A stretch of DNA of 64,000 bases from Cystobasidiomycetes sp. EMM_F5 (lineage: Eukaryota): assembly GCA_051047955.1 (NCBI GenBank), contig JBPGPT010000019.1, forward strand, positions 1-64,000, read 5' to 3'. The notes below the pieces were generated by a model, which saw only the letters and a program-made list of their open reading frames with translations, searched no databases and was not told where the DNA came from. The position numbers and the translations under genes are program-made. Each line of letters opens with the position of its first letter. Within the stretch, counting starts at the first letter, position 1. Shown here in pieces: positions 55,744 to 64,000 of the stretch.

Positions 55744-58383
55744 CTATAAATCGTGTCTAGCGTTCTTGGACCGCATGCGGATTTGCTTGCCATACTTGTA
55801 AAGGACGAAGGGGATGGGAATAAACAAGATCGAGATGCCGCCCAGAAGGAAGCAACCCCAGATGACCTTGTAGTCGGGTAGGACGCTGGTGTTGAGATTT
55901 TGAAAAATGTACGTTCTGTGGGAAGGAAAGAATCAGCCATTCAGTCGAATCGTTGAAGGGTGATTTGGACGAACGAGAAGAGGGGGAAGACTATCACACG
56001 GGAATATGACGCGTCATCAGCTTCCGTTCGAAATGAGGCTATGCCTCAAACTCACTACCGCCCATCATTGATCTGAAGAAATCATTTCCGGCAAGCACAG
56101 ACGCAGCTCGTTCCTGCAAATTCATGCTTGTCAGCATTTTGTCTGAAGATACGATACACTCAAACATACGGGATAGGCATCTTGGCTGTCAGTTGCGGAA
56201 GAAGCAGAAGGACGGGCATCAGAATTTACGTGGCTGATGAAAAGCAGCAGTACTCACAGGTAATTCAAGCAAGCCTGGAATAAGAGGAACGCCGCAATGG
56301 AGAACTAATTGCAGAGCTTGTCAGCCATTGCTTGCGCATCATCCAGCGAAGTGACGTCACGTACAAACGAACTGAAGATGATGGGAGCGATCCAGTGAAC
56401 GTGCTTAACAGATGTTGCGCCAAAACTGTTTGGTGGAGAGATGTCTATCAGAGTGTGCGACAGTGCATACATTCAATGACATACGTGAACAAGCAAATCG
56501 GCAGGAACCAGCACCCAACAAAGGCTGGCAAGAGACTGGAATAGCAACACGTCAGCAGGAACATCGACGCCTACTAATACAAACACATACCGTCTCTCAG
56601 GCGGGAGCTTGCCCTTGTAGCGGCGAATATCTGGGATCTGAGAGTAGTGATTCCAAATGCAGAAGCCGGCGTACGCGACGATTGCGCCAACAAACAGCTG
56701 CAGAGAATGCGTTAAGCAATGTATACATTGACTCCAGCCTCATGCTACTTACGCCAAGGTAGGAAAGACCGTTTTCGCCAAGGTTAAAGCCGTAAATCTG
56801 CACGAATACCAGCTGGAATGACTCGATGAAGCAGTAAAGTATAGCATATACCAAGCCCTGCTCAGAAGAGTAGTTTTAGTCTCTAAAGCGTGCTGTTGGA
56901 AAAGAAGTGTACGAACGATATAGACTGGAACGACGTGCTTGCAAGTCAGTAAGGCCAAAGAGAATAGGATTTCAATGACTCACGATTCAGGGCAAGGCAG
57001 ATGGGTTCAGTAAAGCTGTAGACGATTGGTAGCAGGAGAGTCATCTTGATAATTTCTTTACCAGTCATCTTGGAAGCGACAATCTCCGACTGACTTCTGA
57101 GGTTGTTGTTGCCAGTACGTTTGCGGAGACGAACTGCTCTTCTGTACAGAATGTTGTTTGTCGATGTCTCTGGGAAGAAGAAGAGAAGCATCGCCAGACA
57201 GAATCCATCAAGCCAAAGCAAGATCCAGAATGCCCAGCGCCAGCTCTCTGCTTGGATAGCAAAACCGCCCAACAGTGGCCCTAATACTGGTCCACAAACT
57301 GCCGACATGCCCCAGATACCGACAGCATACGGGCGTGTCTTGTCGGAGAACATGTCCTGCAGACTGGCACCGCCGGTTGCCAGCACAGGGGAACCGAAGA
57401 AACCGGCGATAAATCGCAGCGTCATCAGGCCTGCAAAGTTCTGTACTGTGGCGGAGAGAGCTTGCATGACGACGAAGATGGTGAGGGTAATAACGTAGGG
57501 AGGAGTTCTTCCGATCTGAGGGATCTCAGAGAGAGGAGCGAGGAAGAGTGGGCCTATACCATAACCAATGACGAAAAGGGTGAGACCTAGTGTGGCTACC
57601 GTACTCGAGACGCCGAAGTCCATATTGAGAGACTCATAACCAGGAGAATAGATCGCTGAACCGATATAAATGCTGAAAGTAAGCAAGCAAAGCTCGGCAG
57701 TGACGGCGCATTTCTTGAAGAGAGACCAGTTTTGCGGGTTGGCAGGATCGGTCTTGCTGTACCAGCTGCAGAATATGGTGAAGCGTCAGAAACGGCGGAT
57801 CACCAGCGAGGAGATATAACCTACGTGACAATGTTGGGATCAGAGTCTGGTGGAGGCCTATCTGGGTCTCTGTCCTCCGAGTTGTCGTTGTCGTCACCTT
57901 GCAAGGGTCGCCCACCCTCCTCTTCATCGCGACTGCGGTTCTGCTGCTCGTTCTTTGTGACCTTCTCCTGCTTGTTCTCCTTCTTGCTGGTTTGCGCAGA
58001 AGACTCCTGCTGATCCTGCTGAACGACGGTCCGATCCGATGACTGGGATGTGCGATCCGCATTTTCGTTTGTCCCCTCTCCTTGCTCCTGCTGCCAGCCT
58101 TCCATGTTCATGGATCGCATCTTCTTTGCACCGAGCTTCTTGCCCTTTGTCTCGTAGTACTTGTCTGGGACTTGCCAGTCATCGTGCTCCTCTGGATAGT
58201 ACCCTCTCGTCTTCTTGATAGCATGATAAACGAGCTGTCCGGCTGCAGAGGCAGATGCGAGTAACAGAGTCAGCGATGACGAAGGTGGGTATGCGTCCAT
58301 TAGCTCGCCAGCTTACCAAACGACTCTGCGATAAAGTCGGGAATGTTAGTATGACGGTGCGACTTTTTGTTTCGCTCGTGCAT
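55744..58383 (-). CDS. MFS multidrug transporter, DHA1 (Flu1/Mdr1/Caf5-like), many exons
   Basis: DPANPQNWS, TFSIYIGSAIYSPG, LGLTLFVIGYGIGPLFLAPLSEIPQIGRTPPY, LRFIAGFFGSPVLATGGASLQD, WRWAFW, FFPETS, ASVLAGNDFFRS and IPFVLYKYGKQIRMRSKNARHDL*. Confidence 0.92.
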
Positions 58384-58801
58384 GGTGGGCAAATTGGAGG
58401 AAGATAGTGTGGGAGTGTAGCGGGAAGGAGAGAGGTGTGTTCTCCTGTTGAAGTCAGCTCAACGACATCACGAATCCATCGCGATCCCTAAATCTTGGCT
58501 CGATATCTGCAAATTTGCGCGCTATTCGGGCAGGAATGACGTCGACGTCATTATGCTGAGAGGGGTAACACGTTGAAGTGCGCGTAATCTGCAAAGGTGA
58601 CAGGCGTGTCAGCAGATGAGTGGTTAGCGGTTGTCACCGAGCAGCACTGCAGCGTTGAGATCCTTGGGATCTGTTCATCTTGAACAAATCTGTGCATTTG
58701 TTGCCAGTGGTCACTTGAATATAACGATATCAATACTAATACCTTGTAATGCGCTCGTTTGTAATAACTACTGCACACTCTGCATTGACCTCTGCCATGG
58801 C

Positions 58802-60303
58802 ATGCTGGCAGACAGGATAGCTGCAGCCTGTCTGAGCGTGTACGATGCCCTGCCGCCAAAGGGCAAACCGAGGGTGCGCTCGAATGGCAAGCCGGAATGG
58901 ACAGTCCTGGCTGGAGTAGCGCTGGTGGACACCGAAGCAGACTATGTTATAGAAGTCATTTCACTGGGGTGGGTAGGCTGAGTGCTCATTACCGTCGCAG
59001 GCTGACCGCGTTTGGCATTGCAGAACTGGCGTAAAGTGCCTGCCAGGTGACAGGCTGCCGCTGCACGGTGATGTGCTCCACGACTCGCACGCAGAGATTG
59101 TCGCTCGTCGAGCATTTATTCTGTGGCTATACGGAGAGATTGCCAGGTGTCGAAATGATCCTTCGTCGACGTCCTCATCCACTCTCAAGCTCGAGAAAGT
59201 GCCTGGCGACACATCTCGCTTACGGCTGAAGACGAATCTCAAGCTCTACTTCTACATAAGCACCCTACCGTGTATGTGCTCGTGTTGTGGAGGCACAGTA
59301 CATTTGCTGATTTTATTGATATTTTATTCCAGGTGGAGACGCATCCACATTGCACCTCGCTACACGGCAAGCGCCTGATGCAGCTGCAGTATTTTCAAAA
59401 CATGACGCAACGGAAAGTTCTACTCGTCTGGCGAGAGGACGGCAAGGCTACCAACATCTCGGCGCACTTCGCACAAAACCCGGTAGGGGACGCCATCTGT
59501 ACACGACTTGACACGCTGACTCTTCTCCCGCGATTGACAGCCAGAGCAGATGCCATCACGACAAGATCACTGTCCTGCTCCGACAAGCTAGCCTCGTACT
59601 CGTATCTGGGCATCCAGGGTGCACTCCATTCACACTGGATAGACCCAATCTACGTCCAGGGATACATCTTTGGGGACATTCAGGAGACTACCAGGGCGCA
59701 TACATTGGTTGAATGTAAACGAGCTTTGTATGGGCGACTGTTGTCGCTGTGTCGTGAGTAGCCTCGTCTACGACATGCGAGATGCCTCAACAAGTGTAGC
59801 TCACTAGAGCGATCCTCCTTCTTCTCAGCATCTCAATCATATGCGCTGCATGAGCCAGAGATACTGTTTACGGACGTGCCGTTTCCATATTCGCAAGATC
59901 GGATGCAGGAGGCCTACAAAGATCAGGAGCTAGCAAGTGCTGCGGAATGTAAGACTTACTGTTACCCTGTGCGCTGTCTAAAAGCTGAGATTTGTGTCTC
60001 ACAGCTTTATCCTGGGTATCACCTAGCACGAGCCATGTGACCTCCGGCGGAGTCAAGCAAGGGTCTGCAGTACGCAAAGTTGGTCCGCAGGCAAGCCAAG
60101 CGAGATCTTCTCTGTGCAGAGCAAGTCTGCTCGAGCAGTTCTGCAGCTTAACATCTGAGGCTGCAGGGAAGTCGTATGCACAAGTAAAACAGGACTACTC
60201 ATCGGGATATCAGAGAGCGAAACATCAGCTTCGTGGAAATGAGGATAGTCCTTTTCGCGAATGGGTCCTCTCAGGAGACGAGTACATGCAATTCACGTGC
60301 TAG
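58802..60303 (+). CDS. TAD1: tRNA-specific adenosine deaminase 1 (ADAT1/Tad1)
   Basis: ADRIA..YDALPPKGKP..EWTVLAG, LG|TGVKCLP..GDVLHDSHAEIVARRAF, YISTLP|CGDAS, RTKP, SLSCSDKL..LGIQGAL. The start is ambiguous (a possible upstream mini-exon at 58616). Confidence 0.9.
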
Positions 60304-60392
60304 TAGAAGTGATACTAGATGCGGACTAATCACAAATTGTACGATCACAACAAGAAAGCTTGCTTGCCTGACTGACTGAATTAACTGCTGCA

Positions 60393-62063
60393 CTACGCTA
60401 CTTCTAGAATTCCTGTACGTGATTCGGGTTGACGGTAACTCCACGCCATCATCCGCTCCATTGCGTGTATCTCGAGGTTATACACCGGATGTGTGACTTC
60501 AGTTTCGTTCTCCTTGATGCCGACAACAATCTTCTTGCTCTCCGTTTCCTGCCACGCCAGGGCTGCCACGTAGATATCCTTCATCCGCTTGTTGGCTTGT
60601 GCTAGCGTCTCGGAAGCCATCACCATTCCGTTTTCCTCCACATCTACCCAGTCTGCCTCCAATCGCGCTTTCTGCTCGGGTTCTGCGTGGTACATGGCAT
60701 GTTGAGCGGCGCTGAGACCTGATAGATTATAGCACGAATGGTATGCGTCGGCATTTTTGCCTGGCTTGTCCCTCAATCCGCCATGTTGAGCCTGGGCCGC
60801 AACCAAGACGTACTCCTGTAACGCCGTGCGGTTGAAAAGATCTGGTTCATCTTCCGGCCAGCCGGTAGCAGACTGTGACGGAGGTATTGACGCGTTTATC
60901 ATTGCAAACAGTCCACCACACCACCATGAATAGCAACCATCCACGAGCTTGTTGGAACGACCTCGAAACCCGCCAGCTTCGATAGGAGAGCCTTGCATGG
61001 ATGATGCCCATCGCAGCAACAGCGGGATGTTGACGGCTTTTCCAGCCTTACTTGACGGTTGTCCTGAACCAGAGTGTCCGTTCGTTTGCCCGTTCGTGTG
61101 CGCCAGAATAGTATTCGAGAGGTGTAAGGAAGGCGACGCTTGCAAAGCGAAATACGATGCGAAAGCGCAGAAAGTGTATCCGCCGTGTGCTTCGCCTAGT
61201 GGGGCTGGGGACGCATTTGGAGTATAAGCAGGTGCAGGCTGAGAAGCGGCCGCCATGCCGCCTTCATACGTTTGACAGCTGGCGATGAAATCAGAAGTCC
61301 CTTTTGCCAGTTCCGGTGTCAAAATATTCAGAAGGACAGCAGTAGTTATTGCGCAATAACATCCTCTACCACGTAGCCAAAGACTCAGTCTGTGTAAACG
61401 AATAGATACTTCCTGCGGGACATACCGAACATCAACTTCGCCGCCTTTGTGCATGACGAACGACCCATCCGCTTGCTTCAGAGTCAGCATCCAACTGTGA
61501 ATAGCCTGTCTGTGTCGTGTATGTTAGGGTATCTTAGACTACTGACCATTTGACATCATGCCTGCACACCTGTCTATCCAGTCCCAATCCTCGCTACCAT
61601 CGCCGAGATAGCATAGTGCTGAGACAGTCGCATAAGTTGGTGCCAAATGAGCCATCTGTCCTGGCCCTCCTCCAAATCCACCCTCTGTGGCATTATAGAA
61701 GCTCTTGAGCGTTGCAATAGCCTTCTTCCTTGTCTCTGCATCCAAACGCGTCCCAAGCAGAGCCAACGAATGCGCAACCCAGTAAACGAGCCACGGTCTG
61801 GATGCATCCAGAGATGTATATGGCGCCGGGAGGGGACTCAGGATACCTTTCAGCCATCTTATGTGCGCCTTTCGATTCAAGGCGAGCTCGTCTGTCCGCA
61901 ACGGGACGGAGCTGGCTGGCTTTCCTGGCTGTGGGATGTACAGAGCCAATAGCTCTCGGATGACAGCCTCAGTCTGCGACTGCTCTTCTGTCGTCTCAGT
62001 CTCGACGCCATCTGTCGCCAGCGGTACCAGCGGAAACAGAAGCGACGAGGACGAGGAGACCAT
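60393..62063 (-). CDS. RAM1: Protein farnesyltransferase beta subunit
   Basis: LDASRPWLVYWVAHSL, GGFGGGPGQMAHLAPTYA, GGEVDVRG-CYCA, CQTYEGG, GEAHGGYTFC, FRGRSNKLVDGCYSWW and GGLRDKPGKNADAYHSCY. Confidence 0.93.
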
Positions 62064-62708
62064 GGAATGATGCGGACTGTAGCAAAGATATGCAATGTAG
62101 GACAGAAACGTCCAGCAGGGTCAAGGCAGCTCAAAACGCAGTCCTACGTGCCAACAAAGCCCGCTGATCGGCCGCAATGACCTTTTGTTCCACAAGAGCA
62201 AGTTGAAAGCGTGCACCGGGAGAAAGTCTTCAAGGTCGTCTTACAGCATAATTAGCACTGATAAATGGACTGGCTGTTGCAATAACAGAACTTGTCAAAT
62301 GTGACTGGAGTTGCGCGTTTCCTCGCCTAATCCTTGATACAATCTGACAAGGTCCACAAGCGCAACGAAGGCTGCCTTCTGGGCTAATGCCTTGTTCTTG
62401 CCCGTATAAGATTGTGACTTGCGAAACTAAAAGTCAGATGCAGCCGCGACTTACGATGTATGCTGCTTGTGTCGGTTGACTGCTCGAAATCATTAGACGT
62501 TCGTCCCATGTGATATATCTGGCACGTATGCAATAACATTCAAAGCTTCTGACTTTCTTGAAGGGTAGAGCGGACCCCGTTGACACCGTATTGTCGAAAG
62601 CCATCCCACCGTAACGAAGCCTGCGAGTTAAAATGCCACTCATCGTCGTTGTTAACGACCTCTCGTCCACATAATCTTACACGACATTGACAATGATTGA
62701 CAATGGAG

Positions 62709-64000
62709 TCAACCGGAATATCTAAAATACCTATTCTGCTTGTCTGTGAGGTCCTGGAGACCGGTCGCCATCAAAATTTCCGCAGTAGGTACGTCTTCTG
62801 CCAAAGTCGTAAGCTTATCGCGTCGGCGGTTTTCTGCAGCAGTCACGAAGTAGAAGGTAAGATATGTCGCTAGAAGTACCACTTGACATATGAGGACCGT
62901 GAGAATGCCAGTTTGGTATCGAGGAGCCTCCCGGGAGAGGAAAGCTTGTGGTAAGCAGATATTGGAAACGCAATCTGGTTGCCAAAACATAAGCAGACAG
63001 TCTGCTCGCTATGGATCTCACTCACAACCCAAGAATACCATGGATATGACAGTCTGCCTCTTCGTAGCCCCTGTTATGTTTTGCCCAATCAAGCCGAGAA
63101 TTTGTCCATCTAAGTAAAGTGTCAATGATTTAAACGTCGCTGGATGTTGAAGCCATCAAGGAACGCTTACAGCCACTTCCAACGGCGTTCAATAGCGTAA
63201 TAAATACTGTCAGAAGCACTCTGTTCTCGTTGACGCCAGTTGGGGTAGTGTACAATACCGCGCCGGATGCCACAACGACACAGGTAACGCCAGCTAACAG
63301 CCACTGCGATGCGACGATGTAAGCCGGATGTAAGCCGGAAATGCTCTTTGCATATTTACCGTCTTTCTGTTTCTCCAGAACCGAGTTCTACTGGCCAAAG
63401 ACCCTATTGTAATGACTGTGATAGTCGCAACTGCCCAGGCGGGAATTTGTAGCAGCAAAGCCTTCAACTGTGTATATCCGAAGCCCTTGATGACAAGACC
63501 AGAGAAGTTGCTGAACAAAGACACTCCTGTCTGTTGCGTCATCATCATAAGAACAATCCTGCAGCGGAACTCGTTCAGAAAGGTTGGCAACTATCAGGTA
63601 TACGTTAACTCACATCCAAGCCTTAGGATCGGTAATGGCTTCCCAGACCTGCTCTTTTTTGAAGTGGGTCTCTTTTGTCCCTACCTGTGACTTCGCAATG
63701 CGTGCGACGGCGATTGCGCGTTGCCGCTCATTGAGCCACCACGTCTGACCTGGCCTGTCCGGTAGGTATATGAAGAGGAATCCCCCAATGACGACAGTAC
63801 ACGCTCCCAGAAGCACGAAAATATAGCGCCAATTTTGGAGAGCCGGATTCGCAATCGTGCCGAATCCGTAGTAGATGAGCAGGAACGGGATAGGCAAAAT
63901 GGTGTTCGCCAAAGTCCAGAGAGCAAACCTCAAAGGTTGCTCTTTTTGTGTGTAAAACCTTGCAGTGGTCGTCGTAAAAGCCGGAGCCATAGGGGATTCA
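62709..64000 (-). CDS. MFS transporter, allantoate permease (Dal5/ACS) family; 5' part lies beyond the window
   Basis: FYTQKEQP.R, WRYIFVLLG, YLPDRP..WWLNERQR, FKKEQVWEAITDPK, FSGLVIKGFGYT..ALLLQIP, NITGATK, PQAF..EAPRY, ENRRRD and DLTDKQNRYFRY. Confidence 0.88.

Larger units (their letters stand above)
54137..55850. repeat. Segmental direct duplication, copy 2 (promoter + gene C + 3'UTR + MFS tail)
   Basis: Colinear similarity to about 50151-51890 across the promoter, exons, parts of the introns, the 3'UTR and the MFS C-terminal exon. Confidence 0.9.

Noticed and set aside
50151..55850. Direct repeats read as LTRs of a retroelement
   Set aside because: The repeats contain spliced host-type genes and an MFS tail. 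There is no gag/pol between them and I saw no LTR termini.
58797..58820. Out-of-frame ATG (GCCATGG) five bases before the TAD1 ATG as a regulatory uORF
   Set aside because: An alternative model (ATG AGT G at 58616, intron GTTAGC...GGCAG to 58811, giving MSDRIA) puts it inside an intron. This cannot be resolved without cDNA.
60393..62063. Farnesyltransferase beta gene plus small Cys-ending ORFs suggesting a pheromone/MAT locus
   Set aside because: I found no CaaX-terminated pheromone precursor, STE3 receptor or homeodomain gene. The microprotein tail CGCES does not place Cys at -4.

Overview
Gene-dense, intron-rich fungal DNA with short GT-AG introns and CTRAY-type branch points. The protein families point to a basidiomycete, probably a yeast-like one; the species cannot be determined. 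About 30 genes can be modelled by hand. Most are conserved housekeeping genes: Borealin/Nbl1, POP1, RTT109, a CorA-family transporter, NDUFA4/B12D, an FCP1/NIF-domain protein, FCF2, a GDSL/CE16 esterase, EGT2, COQ9, MON1, an APSES-ankyrin factor, an FAD oxidoreductase, SLA1, GUK1, SCOC, FEN1, thioredoxin, Clr2, TAD1, RAM1 and two MFS transporters. I recognised no rRNA, tRNA, CRISPR array or transposon. The notable content is largely invisible in the ORF track because of introns. (1) A family of secreted pre-pro-proteins built from a repeated ~70-aa four-cysteine domain and cut by Kex2-type KR sites: three tandem genes at 50.7-55.4 kb (one frameshifted) plus a diverged paralog at 2.4-3.1 kb, nine domains in total. 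They share intron positions, the three tandem copies share a promoter motif, and a fossil MFS fragment records the duplication. (2) A tandem array of three ~60-aa Cys-rich single-TM microprotein genes at 15.5-17.4 kb, one decayed. (3) A probable fungal homologue of Gdown1/POLR2M at 41.7-42.8 kb. Exon boundaries were read manually and family assignments come from recalled motifs, not database searches.
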